64,000 nt of DNA from Octopus vulgaris (Eukaryota), in contig OX597817.1 in the NCBI GenBank assembly GCA_951406725.2, forward strand, positions 128,402,001-128,466,000. Direction: 5' to 3'. The translations under genes were made by a program, and so were the position numbers. The notes under the pieces are model-generated. The model was not told the origin of the DNA, searched no databases, and worked only from the letters and a program-made list of their open reading frames with translations. Shown in pieces: positions 25,706-38,752 of the stretch; within the stretch, counting starts at the first letter, position 1, and every line of letters begins with the position of its first letter.

Positions 25706-28700
25706 GTTTGACTTTTGCTTTATATTTGTACAAGTTGGCTCCAAGTCTCACACAGAGACCTCAAGAGACAACAGGTTGGAAGTTCATGTTGCTGTTATGT
25801 CTAGTGTGCCATATATTTGGGGGTTTTTTGGTGTTGTACTAGTGAATGTCTAAAAAACAACATACGAAAATTATGTTTGTTTTAAAACTTGAGATTACAT
25901 AGAAAGTATTTTGCGTAGGATATGAGCTGTTCCCATGAGCACTATCTTTTGAATTTCTGCTATTTTGGGGTTTCCTGGTATCTGAGTTAGGTAGCAATCA
26001 GCCCATTTTGCTATCATTCCCAGGGCACCTATGAGAGCAGGTATTGTTTTAGTCTTCAGGTTCCACATTTTGCTGATTTCTATTTCAAGATCTTTATATT
26101 TGCTCAGTTTTTGGTAGGTCTTGGCAGATACGTTTATATCGATTGGGACCGTCATATCAATGAGGAGGCATGTTCTTTGTTTGAAGTCTTTCAATATGAT
26201 GTCTGGCCTATCACCTGTTTGAATGGGGAAGTTCCAGAGGATTGAGATGTGGTCATTTTCAAGCACTGGGGGTGGTTTGTGTTCCCACCAGTTTTTTTAA
26301 TGGGGCAAATCCAGGTTTTTGCAAATTACCCAGTGAATATATTGTGCAGCTCTATCATGCCTGTTGAGATACTCTGTAGGCGCTAGAAGACTACACTTGG
26401 AGACAACATGATCAATGGTTTCATTTTGTTGTTGACATACACGACATGTTGGGCTACTGCCGATCTTTAATATGTTGGCCTGATAGTTCCTTGTTGGTAG
26501 GCATTGATCTTGAGCTGCTATGATAAACCCTTCTGTTTCAGATTTTAAGTCAGAGGCCATTAGCCATTGATGGGTCAGGGCTTTGTCAACATCTGCATTA
26601 TTCGCTCTCTTTGGGTATTTGCCATTGAGAGGTTTCTCTTGCCATTTATCATTCAGAATATCTAAGGCCGCAGTTTTGGCACGGGTTTTCATGCGTTTAG
26701 CTTTTTCTGTGCTTGTTTCTTGTATGTCTAGTCCCAAAATTTGTTGTATTCGGAATTCACTTAGATATTCCTTTGCCTGTTTTGTTACTGAGTATGATGC
26801 TTTCTTGTTTTCATGTTTTAAGACAAGTTTTAACATCTAGTCCTCAGAGTTTTTCAGGTAAGTGTATAGGCCAATTGTAGCAATCTTCATTGTTATTGCC
26901 AGTTGTAAAAATCCACAGCCTCCCTCTTTTCTTGGCAGATAAAGTCGTTCTGTATCTACCTTAGGGTGGTGCATTGTCAACAGTTTTCGTATTTTTCTGT
27001 CAAGATTACGTATTTCAGTAATTGACCAGTTAACGATATTGAAACTGTAAGTCACGACTGGTATGGCTAAAGCATTGATCGCTTCGATCCTGTTTCTCGC
27101 ATTCAGCTCTGTCTTGAGTATTGCTCTTACTCTGCGATAACATTCTCTCCTGATCCTTTCCTTCATCACTGAATGATTTTTTCGGCACCTTCAATTACCC
27201 CTAGGTACTTGTAGCTCTCCGCTGGGTCTAATTCTTTTATGACATTCTGCTGGTCAAGGTTAACGTTAGATGTTTCTGTCATTTTTCCTTTGATAAAGGT
27301 AGCTTTTGCACATTTATCGAGGCCAAATTGCATTCTGATGTCATCACTGAATTGTTTAACAATCGCTAGTATGCTCTTAAGTTGTTGGTCATTTTTTGCA
27401 AAGAGCTTTAAATAATCCATGTAAATGAGATGATTTATATTTTTATCAAACATTTTATATCCGTACTGTGCGTCATTGAGCAATTTTGAGAGAGGTATTA
27501 AGGCTAAACAAAAGAGGAGTGGTGATAGTGAGACCCCCTGGAAAATGCCACATGAAACTTTTACATCACCAGCATTTAGAGATTCATTGTCACTGTTCAA
27601 AATTAGTGTGGTTCTCCATGATCTCATACTTACAGACAAAAAGTTTCGTAGAGTAGGTGCTAATTTATACATTTCCAGGCATTTCTTAATCCAGCTATGT
27701 GGTAGGCTATCAAAAGCCTTTTTATAGTCTATCCAGGCTATTGATAAGTTTTTATGTCGTTTGTGACAATCTTCTAAGATCATCTTATTGATGAGTAGTT
27801 GATCTTTACAACCATAGGATCCACGTTTACATCCTTTCTGTTCATTAGGGAATATGCTGCTGTCTGTTAAAAAACTATAGGTATATTCCGTCAGGACAGA
27901 TGTTAGCGTTTTATACATAGTTGTTAATCAGGTTATGGGTCTATAGTTTTTTGGTTCATTTGTTTCTTCACTTTTTGGAAGGAGGAATGTTAACCCATTA
28001 ACTAGCCAAGGAGGCATCCAACTAGGGTGTTGCAAAACATCATTGTAAAGTCATGTTAGCAGTTCGTGGCTCTCTGGGAAAGCATTCAACAAGAAGTTAG
28101 GAATTTTATCCTTTCCTGGAGACTTCCATTTGCTTGAACTCCAGAGAGCAGATCTTATATCTTCTACCTTGACACCCTCCCACTTTTGCTCTTCTAAGGA
28201 ATCTAGTTCTGTAGATATTCTATCAATCCAGGGGGCCTTTTCGTTGTGTGTTTTTTCTTCTGCCCAAATTTTATTCCCAAATCTCTGCACTTCTTCTTTT
28301 GATGGTACAGACTTTACAGTAACTGGTATTTTTCCTATCTTCCTGTAAAAACTTTTGGGCTTATTTTTGAACAAATTGTTGTCCTTGAAGAATCTAACAC
28401 GCTTTTCATACCTCGCTATGCGGGCAGCTTTAGCAGATACCTTTTGCTTGATGGTTTCTATGGTGGCATCAATACCAAGTATAGTTTTCATATTATATTT
28501 TTTTCATTAATTTTAGGGTTTTTGTAGGTTTGGTAGTCTTGTCAACCTTAAGGTTTTTCAAATATTCAATGTCAGATCTAAATAGTTTAATTTGATGTTG
28601 GATACGCTCTTGCCAAAAAGGCTTTTTGTGGGAATGTTGCCGTTTTCTAATCTTTTCATCACATGGGATCGTTGAGATTTTCGCGGATGCATAGTACAGG

Positions 28701-28812
28701 TGGTTGAGATCTGTGATGTCAACATCATTACCTGAAATTATATCCTTTAAGTGCAAGCAGGATTTTACCAATTATTTTCATGTTTTGGTTAGAGTTGCGG
28801 ATTTTAGGGAGT

Positions 28813-28813
<1 letters not shown>
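25704..28813 (-). mobile_element. 5'-truncated R4/Dong-clade non-LTR retrotransposon (RT, CCHC, restriction-like endonuclease), pseudogenised
   Basis: ORF pieces give KWKSPGKDKIPNF, NYRPIT*LTTMYK, WIDYKKAFDSLPH, GIFQGVSLSPLLF, HLIYMDYLKLFA, FGLDKC, YKYLG, CRVCQQQNETIDHVVSKC, RHD and RPDIILKD...LIDMTVP...K..KYKDL. A ~190-nt 3'UTR follows. (TAA)n lies on both sides. Confidence 0.92.

Positions 28814-28878
<65 letters not shown>
28814..28878. repeat. (ATT)n tract at the 5' truncation junction of the Dong-like element
   Basis: Direct inspection. Confidence 0.95.
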
Positions 28879-28882
<4 letters not shown>

Positions 28883-29699
28883 CCACAAAGAAAAAAGAAC
28901 ACAGATGGATAAGTACCGTAATGCCATTGCAGGTTTTTTTTTATCAATTGTTTGAAAACTTAATAATTGGTATGCATATTAAAGATTTTAGAAATAACTT
29001 GCCCTGTACTTCCTTAAATTTTCATCGTTTTATTTTTCGATAACCAGGGGTCTTATGTCAGAACCAAAACCTACACTAATAATTATATCGTGTTGGATCG
29101 TCGATTGAAGAATCAAGATTTTGATCAAAAGGATTTAGATCTCTAGAACACTTTAATATCTTAATGTATTCTTGCACATGAAAGCGCATGGCCTTGTGGC
29201 TTTTGCAATCACAACATCTAGATCGTAAATGCGATTTCCAAATCGGCAGCGCTTTATGCTCTTCAGCAAAACACTTCATTTAGCGTTGCTCCAGTCCCCC
29301 TTGCTATCAGTAGGGAATGCTGGCTTACTTGCTTAGACAGCAGAGTGACATCCTTCGAAGGCTAAAACGTAGAAAAGCGCGCTGTGATTAGCGGTGTGTA
29401 ACGTTAAATCCTCTTTCTTTCCTTTCCTGAGCGTCTGATAATACCACGTGCTCGTGTTGTTGCATTTCTATGTTTCGTGTGGTTGCATTTTCTATGTTCG
29501 TTCTTCTTTGTTTGGATTCACTATATATATATGCTGTGTGATATGATTTCCACAAGTAGAATACCATTTGATCAGCTACAAGAGTAACGATAACCTTATA
29601 ATGAAAACCACAAATCTATCAGCCCGAACAACAGCGAAATAAGTTATTGTTTCAGTCAGAAAACCGTGGGTAACTGTATTTCACAAGACTTGTGGAGTT

Positions 29700-30040
29700 T
29701 CATTATAATCATCATCATCATTGTTCGACCGTGGTCGAGACAATGGAATTTACCATGCTACGCCAGACTTCACGGTCCATCATGGCATTATGGAGGTCCT
29801 GTTGCTGGATGCCTGTATCCCTGGAGATTACATCAGGGTAGGAGAGTGTGCGCCCTCTGGTATTGCGAGTAGATGGCTTCCAGAGGAGAAGAGTAGAAAT
29901 TACTTCTTTTTCAGCTCTACAACAATGTCCAGCAAACTGGACTCTCCTACCTTTCACAAGAGATGACACAGGTGGTAGTTTCCCATATATTTGCATTTTG
30001 GTTGGATGGCGCTTCCACGAGATATTTTGAGCTCTCATTA
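29700..30040 (-). mobile_element. 3' fragment of an RTE-like LINE with a (TGA)n tail
   Basis: MRAQNISWKRHPTK...RRVQFAGHCCR...RGRTLSY...AMMDREVWR is the typical RTE C-terminus (ISW, FAGH, RGR, DRxxWR). The stop codon runs directly into TGA repeats. Confidence 0.8.
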
Positions 30041-30807
30041 TAATACTACACACACACGTACATGTATTCATTCAATACGCACGTACATGTATTCATTCAA
30101 TCGTGCCTACACAAAGCATGTTCAGAGCTCAATTCTAGTTAAAATGTTATACATCATTTTCCAACAGCTATAGATGTACGTCTAGGTATGATTATATTTC
30201 ATAAGAACACTACACGGAAAGTGTGTTTATTTATAAAATACTAAAATCAAGTTACACACGAACGATATGAGCACGGGAAAATTATTTCGAAATATAAGAA
30301 ATTTCGTTTTCGATGGCTGTATTTGTATCTGTCCGAATGTAGAAGGACACGCAAAACCATTCTTATTTTCATAAATCAGCAATGTAGATTAAACTTCTAT
30401 TCACCTGTTAGAAATAGCAACGTAATACCTAATATCTATTAAACAGCAACCCAAGTTTTCATAACAAAAGAAATATTTTATCTTAGTTACCATATAAAGC
30501 CTAAATGCTTGTCATCATAGATCTATCTGTACGATAAGGTTTGACCAGGGGCCAAACAACTATCTATCTGTCTATCTGTCTTCTTATTTGTCTGTCTGTC
30601 TGTCTGTCTACCTGTCACTTCCTCACTCTCTCTTTCACTCACTCATTCTCTCTGTCTATCACTTTCTCATTCTCTTTCACTCACTTTCCCAATGTATCTC
30701 TCACTCACTCACTCCCTCACTCACCCACTCACTCACTCACACACTCACTCACTCACTCCCTCACTCACTCACTCTCTCTCTCTCTCTCTCTTTCCATCCA
30801 TCCATCC

Positions 30808-30873
<66 letters not shown>

Positions 30874-30918
30874 GTGGCTATTTTGCTACCTCACCCAGTT
30901 AATTAGCGAATTGCACTG

Positions 30919-30950
<32 letters not shown>

Positions 30951-31505
30951 TGTATATATGTATGTACGTATGTATGCATGCATGCATGCATGTATGTATG
31001 TATGTATGTATGTATGTATGTATGTATGTATGTATGTATGTATGTATGTATGCATGCATGCATGCATGCATGTATGTATGTATGTATGTATGTATGTATG
31101 TATGTATGTATGTATGTATGTATGTATGTATGTGTGTATGTCTTTATGCATACATGTATCTATATATTTATGTATGCATGTATATATATATATCCATACG
31201 CGCGTGTACGTAATGAAGGTGAGAAAGCGATTTACAACATTTTTTTGTTTTCTGAGTCTAAAGGAGTGCTATGTTTTGGAGGTGCGTGGCGAAGAAGGAC
31301 AAATATGGTTGTAAGCGTGGGGATTATTCATCTTTTATGTACAATTTGTGTCAGCTTCAAAGGTAGATTATCAACAGGTGAAAAGGTACAATGCAAGAGG
31401 CCGTCTGTGGCTAATCGTAAAAATAATGGCTGAGATGGCGTAGTGTTAAGAATGCCAATTATTCGCCCAGTCGTTCCTGCGATGGTGTGTATGCATGTAT
31501 GTATG

Positions 31506-31541
<36 letters not shown>

Positions 31542-31784
31542 TGTATGTATGTATGTATGTATGTATGTATGTATGTATGTATGCATGCATGTATGTATGT
31601 ATGTATGTATGCATGTATGTATGTATGCATGTATGTATGTATGCATGTATGTATGTATGTATGTATGTATGCATAATGTATGTATCCATGTATGTCATAC
31701 ATATATATACCTAAGCGTAAGAATATATATATATATGTATGTATGTATCTATCTATCTACATACATGCATACGCACATATGCAC

Positions 31785-31816
<32 letters not shown>

Positions 31817-31865
31817 ATAAGCACACACACATATATCAGTAATTATAATGAAAACACACCCATAT

Positions 31866-31923
<58 letters not shown>

Positions 31924-32935
31924 ATATACATACATATTTGTGCATATACATAGATACATACACACTGATGTATATGCACACGGATATCTATGTAAATACA
32001 CACACATACATACCCATATAAATATATGTGAACACATATGTAAATATATGTGTGTATATATAAAATATATATAGATGTGTGTGTGTATGTGTGTATGTAT
32101 ACCCGAATACAGGTGCGTTTGTGTGTGTGTTTGGGTGTGTGTCAGGTAACCGTTTGGTCTTATACTTGTGTTACGTGCGCATGATTTGACAAAGTCCGTC
32201 CGTTAGGGTGTGTATACGTTCGGTGTGACGGAGAGGTGGGAAGAGTGTGGACTCGGAGAGAAAGAAAGTAAAACAAAGAACAACGACAATAGCACCACCG
32301 GCACCACCACTACCACCAATAATAGCAACAACAACAACAACAGCAACAGTCATAACAACAATCAACGACAAAGTGTCTACAGTTGAAAGGGAATATAAGA
32401 TATATGACACGTGAAATATTAAGGCAAACAGAGAGAAAGAGAGGGGAGAGAGACAGAGAGACAGACAGACAGAGAAATAAATTCAGAGGGGGTGGGTGGG
32501 ATGAGTTGGAGAAGCAAGTCAAATATTTGGATGATAAGAAAAAAATCCTATCAGCAAAAAAGAAAAAAAGCACAAAAGAACAAAAGACCCCCAAATAAAT
32601 TGCGGAGAAAGTGAAATCATAAAATTTTCTGTCTTTGTTTACAAACGTTTCTTATATTACCTGAAGAATGTAATATTTATTATTATTATTATTATTTCCC
32701 TTTTATTCTTCACTCCCTCTTCGTCCTCAATCTCATAGCTCCTTTCCACACACCCCTTTGCTCATATTCCCTATCCTTATAACTTTAACACCAACCCCTA
32801 GTTTTTTCATGATCATGATGATGATGATGATTATCATCATCATATGCTAGAGTTTTGTATATTTGTATGTTTTTCAATGATGGTGGTGTACGGAAGGGAT
32901 ATTGGATTAACAGGAACAATAAAGAACGTTGGAAA

Positions 32936-32940
32936 TAATG

Positions 32941-33022
<82 letters not shown>

Positions 33023-33159
33023 CAGCAACAACGACGACGACGACGACGACAACAACAACAACAACAACAACAACAATAACAATAACAATAACAACAACAA
33101 TAATAGTAGTAGTAGTAGTAGTAGTAGTAATGATAATAATAATAATAATAATAATAAAC

Positions 33160-33209
<50 letters not shown>

Positions 33210-33226
33210 TGATGATGATGATGATG
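32936..33226. repeat. Compound trinucleotide microsatellite (AAT/AAC/GAC/AGT/GAT)
   Basis: Direct inspection. Confidence 0.95.
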
Positions 33227-33849
33227 ATATATTCTATTGGCACAAGGCCTAAAATTTTAGGGAACGGGGCTAGCAGATTACATCGACTCCAGTACTCAGC
33301 AAATAATTATTCTACTGATCCCGAAAGGATTTGAAAGGTAAAGTCGACATGTGAACTCATAACGTAAAGCAGGAAGAAATATTGTCGTGCAATTTGTCTG
33401 GCGTGCTAAAAATGATCGTAATAATTTGAGATTGTAGTAACTTGGAAAATTGCATTAATATAGAAATCTGCCGTTACGTATATCAACGATTGTGCGAAAT
33501 AGCTTCTAATAAATCTAGTTGTAACCTGGCGTCAAGGAAATCATTTCAAAGGTATCTCATGTTTGATTTCTGTTGGATAATAATACTAATGGTTTCAAAT
33601 TTTGGGACAAGACAAGCGATTAACACCAGTATTTAGCTGGTTCTCTTTTCGTCGATCATGAGAACGATGAAAGGAAAAGTCAGCCTCGGCTGAACTTCAA
33701 TTCCGAGCATACAGAACCGGAAGGAATAGCACGAAGCATTTTGTCCGACTCGCTAACGATTCTACCATTTGGGATTCAAATCCAGTCAAGTCGATTTCGT
33801 CTTTTAACATTTCAGTGATGTTAAAATAAGTGTGTAGTAATCAATGTAT

Positions 33850-34570
33850 AGTAATTATGTTCAAGTAAGAACAAATTCCGATATCTTGTGGACAGGAGGT
33901 TGGGGCTCCTGCAGTTTCTGACAAGGCTTCGATATAGCTCCATGCAAATAAGTATTAGTATAAGAATTATTCTAACATTCATCTTAATTTTCGCAAATTC
34001 GTTAATGCTAGATATATTTAAATAATTAAGCAATATATTCTAGAGCCAGGATAAGTCGCTCGCAGATCCAAATTGTATTGTTGAAATTATGAAGGCGAAT
34101 TGGAAAGATTTCATCCACCAAATCAGCGACAGAATCAGTTGAATTATATATTGGACTGAGTGTAAGAAACTGTTCTTCATCAATTGGAACTCAACCTTCA
34201 CTGAGTTTCAAAATCTGCTCTGCAAATAGTTCAACTGATTGATCTTTTGAAAGCCTCGATCTCATAACTGAAGTAGAAAAATAATCAGTTTCATACATGA
34301 ACTTCTGTTTGTTTATTATATGACAATAATAATTGAGTTGTATACAGTAATGGCAATTGTAGAATACACATCATTTAAATAGGTATGTTCTTCAAGTTGC
34401 AATCCAGCAACTTTTAATGTTTGGTCCTGAGTTTTGATAATGCTCATGGCAAAAGAAAGTAGGATAGGAAACTGTAACGGAATGGAACATTAGATTATAT
34501 AACTGGTTTACGAGAAACGAAGACGGTGTCACCTTTACCAAAACCAAGTGAGAATATTTGCCTCATTGCA
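33850..34570 (-). pseudogene. Decayed Helitron Pif1-like helicase fragments
   Basis: The minus strand gives EANILT.GKGDTVFVSRKPVI*SNVPF..LQFPILLSFAMSIIKTQDQTLKVAGLQLEE (Pif1 motif V, QFPxxLxFAMxINKxQGQTL) and FAEQILKLSEG...LVDEIFP...WICERLILA (ERAILAP region). Confidence 0.7.
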
Positions 34571-34803
34571 GTTCCTCATAAGTTTGTGCACAATTAGTGT
34601 TGTACCATTGCATAATTTTTGTTGGGACAAATTAGGCAATAGCATAATAGCTTCCCTGAAACAGGTACTTTCATGTTGCTGGAGAAAGAAAGTGACAGAA
34701 TTTTGATTTTATATACATCGAAAAAAATATAATAGCTTCCCCTGAACCATTTAGCTTCATTTTGCTGGACAAACAAAGGAACAGAATCTCTCTTATATAT
34801 GAC

Positions 34804-34886
<83 letters not shown>

Positions 34887-34892
34887 CGACGA

Positions 34893-35260
34893 CGATACTA
34901 TGGAATAGCAACAGAAAAAAGATGGTATCGGCACACACCAAAAACGTTCTGAGAAAATGAGAATGCAACCATTCTCTGGGTTATGCCAATACACACAGAC
35001 AAAGAAATTAAGGCCAATAGGCTGGATATAGTTATCAGAGATCATGAAGAAAAAATTATGCTTTCTAATCGATATATCAATACCAACAGATGACAGTGTT
35101 TCTCTAAAAGAAACGAAGAATCTTACAAAATACAAAGATCTGGAAATAGAGGTAACTCGAATGTGGAGTCTAAAAGCAGAAACAATTCCTATCATAGTAG
35201 GCGCATTAGGTATGATAAAAATATTTAGACAAATACATACCAAAACACCAGGACAAACAA

Positions 35261-35294
<34 letters not shown>

Positions 35295-35455
35295 CATACA
35301 GAAGATAGCACTGCTAGGCACCGCACACATCTTAAGTAAAACACTTTCAATACAGTAACAATAAGAGCATCACAACAAACCATAGCACATACCCAAGGCA
35401 CACAGGTGCGCTCGGTAGTGCAGTGAAAGCACGTGATAAAAATAAGACAACTGAA
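34893..35455 (+). mobile_element. 5'-truncated R4/Dong-like element (RLE domain plus 3'UTR), a different family from 25704-28813
   Basis: WYRHTP...ENENATILW.MPIHTDKEIKANRLDIVIRD...CFLIDISIPTD...KYKDLEIEVTRMWSLK...PIIVGALG...QKIALLGTAHIL. Flanked by (GAT)n upstream and (GCT)(ACT)(AAT)n downstream. Confidence 0.85.
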
Positions 35456-35469
35456 TGTTGCTGCTGCTG

Positions 35470-35518
<49 letters not shown>

Positions 35519-36082
35519 AACTAACAATAATAATAATAACAATAGTAAAAGCGTTTCTAATTTTGGCACGTGAACAGGGACATCGCAGTTGTCATTTATT
35601 CCATAGACCGTGACATCAAGCAACCTGTGACAGAAGTCTGCTTGGTCAATGCACACAACTGTACACTATTAACGCGTACAATTATACATAATTAACAACA
35701 GGCTTGGATTGAACAAGTGTGAATGAGATACTATAATTATGCAGCATCACAATACTTTACCCACTTCCTCCGTGAATATATGTCAATCCGTTCTGACATT
35801 GATAGCCCACGGAACATAAAGCACAACTCTGAATTCCAAACCTCTGCAGCACACTCAGTAATTCGAATATCATACACACGCATTTGACGCGACAACAGGA
35901 AGGACGTGTACTTTTTATATTTCTGACTCATGTTGTTTAAAGCCTTGCATTTTAAAATGGAAATACGAGGTGCAACTGAATATTTCTCAGGCAAAATTTT
36001 CAATATTTTTATTATTTTTTTTAATAGTTATATCAGCATTGCTATCGCCATCGAGAGCACACTAATCTCTCTCTCTCTCTCA

Positions 36083-36116
<34 letters not shown>

Positions 36117-37114
36117 ATTTCTCTCTCTCCTCTGTATCTCTCTCTGTTTCCTCACTATACATGCATGCATACATATATATATGTGTGTATACAGACGGAT
36201 AGGTACATAGGTTATAAGAACAGACAAGCACACATACGCAAATGGAAACCGAAACACATGACCATATATACACAAACACTTTACTTCACACAAGGACGCA
36301 TATGGAGACACGGGTCAAACATATATAGATGCACAGCTATACATACAAACATGGTACATAGTTGCAAAACACACACACACACACAGACATGCACATACAA
36401 GGAGACACAGTTGCATACATATACAAACACACGCTCACGCACACATACATAGAAAATACACAAACACGGACATGCATGCACATGAATATGTAGAATACAA
36501 ATATACAAATGCACACACATACATACATATATACATATGCATACACACACATATATTTACATACACACAGTCATACATACATACACACATACATACATGC
36601 ATACATACATGCATACATACATACATACATACATACATACGTACATACATATATACATACATACATACATACATACATACATGCATACATACATACGTTC
36701 ATGCATGCATAGGCACACACACACACTGACCCACACACATGCGCACAAACAATCAAAAAGGAACGCAGTGTAAATAACGGAAAAGGTTGCAAGACGCAAC
36801 GAAAATTTTAGGAAAATAATAATAAGAAATAAGTGGAAATTTTACCGGGGAGTGTGTTAAATTATAAGGCACAAAAAGAAAAAGACTCTCCCCAGACACA
36901 GCAGAATGTGTATATAGCGTTTATTTTTTATTTGTTTTAGTCATTAGACTGCGGCCATGTTGGGAGACTGCCTTGAAGAATTTTTGTTGTCAAATGAATC
37001 GACCCCAATATTCATTGTTTTTATTCTGGTACTTGCTCTATAGGTCTTTTTTGCCGAGCCGCTAAGTTTTGGGGGTGCGGGTAAACACATAAGCACCGGT
37101 TGTCAAGCGGTGGT

Positions 37115-37152
<38 letters not shown>

Positions 37153-37440
37153 AGACATGCGCACACATACACATACAAGACATGCGCACACACACACATA
37201 CACATATATACGTACACACATACGCAATCAAGCATGCACTCAGGTACACATACACACATACCCACACATAGAGAGTTAAATTGATTAAAAAAAGAATATT
37301 GTAAACGAGCCGTGGTGAGTGGAAATTACAACGTTTCGGACCGTGTCCTTCTTCAAGGAAATGTTGAAAGGAGAGAAATGAATGATTGCAATGAAAGTCT
37401 TGCAGACGCATACTGACACCAGTTTCTTTGGTTCTGTTTG

Positions 37441-37497
<57 letters not shown>

Positions 37498-37899
37498 TCT
37501 CTCACACACATACGCACACGCATACACATACACATACAGACACGCACACGCGCGCGCACATGCTATTTATAAAGAAGAATGTTAACAGTGCCTTCCAAGT
37601 TTCGACCAGGCAAGCCATGGTCGGACTGCAGTTGACCGACACTTCGAAGTCACTGTCAACAACATCATTATTCAAGAATAAATAAATTTGTACTGCACAA
37701 AAGTATAGGGTAACACTTCAGATCAATGTAAAATTGTTTTTGTTATAACTGAAAATTAAAACAAACATTAATGTGTGTGCATGTGTGTGTATTTATGTGT
37801 GCGAGTGTGTGTATTGAGAGGGAGAGAGAGAGAGAGAGGGGGAGAAAGAAAGATGATAAGTTAATAGAGATGGTTGTAACAACACCCTACAAAACACTG

Positions 37900-38602
37900 C
37901 TTGTCACAGTTGACTGATTTGCAGAATGCAGTCGGTGCATGAAGAGAATTTGGAATCTTGCTATGCCCAAAACGCTGCATGAACTTGGGAAATGCTCCAG
38001 ACTGCTTATGGCTTAGCTTTCGCTGGCACAAGATGTTCAAGAACTGTAGAGAGGAGGTGAGAGACGATAAGAGGTGCGAGAGGCAGGGACGTCAAAATAG
38101 CAGATCTAGTTGAGAATATTCGCAATTTTCTCGATGTAGACTGTTGTTTGAGAATATTCGCAATTTTCTCGATGTAGACTGTTGTTTGAGAATATTCGCA
38201 ATTTTCTGGATGTAGATTGACGTTTGCTTGTAAAGATAATGTGCTTCCAGTTTGGACTTGGTGAGACAACTGTACACAGAATTATTCGTGAAGTTCTGGA
38301 GAGGCGCAAACATTGTGCTCATTGACGAAAATCAAAACTGCCACTCACCTTCCCTACAGTCCTTTTGGTTGCTTCCTAAGCGGAAGAAGAATCTCAGTAC
38401 AGTAGTTTTGAAGATAAAGGAGGTTGTGACCAGGGTCATAGACCCCTTCATTCTGAAAGACTTCTATTGGGACTTCACGAAGTAGCTGGAGCGCTATAAG
38501 TGCAATAAAGTCAGAAAATATTATTAGGAAGGAAATTTGTAATTCTTAGATATTAATAAATGTCTCCTAAAAAGTCTCAAACCTTCTAGAATGCACCTTG
38601 TA
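37900..38602 (+). mobile_element. Old, internally deleted mariner-like remnant containing a 38-bp triplication
   Basis: Translates EVRDDKRCER...LVENIRNFLD...GETTVHRII, HLPYS/FWLLPKRKKNL and FTK*LERYKC, all mariner-like. Ends in TIR-like 'tctagaatgcaccttg TA'. Confidence 0.55.
38110..38219. repeat. 38-bp tandem repeat, ~2.9 copies
   Basis: TTGAGAATATTCGCAATTTTCTCGATGTAGACTGTTGT starts at 38110, 38148 and 38186, with no spacers. Confidence 0.9.
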
Positions 38603-38752
38603 TTTCCCGCAAAAACACATCTCACTTAGGATGTAATAACAGATAACTAACATATATTTCAACATAATTGGTGTCTATTGACAAATTATGTGTTTTAATC
38701 ATAAAAACGTTAGTCTCTCTCTCTAAACGCTTTTATTCTCTCGCTCTGTATA

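Noticed and set aside
38110-38219. 38-bp repeats of CRISPR-like length
   Set aside because: The units are contiguous with no spacers, there are no cas genes, and the context is eukaryotic.
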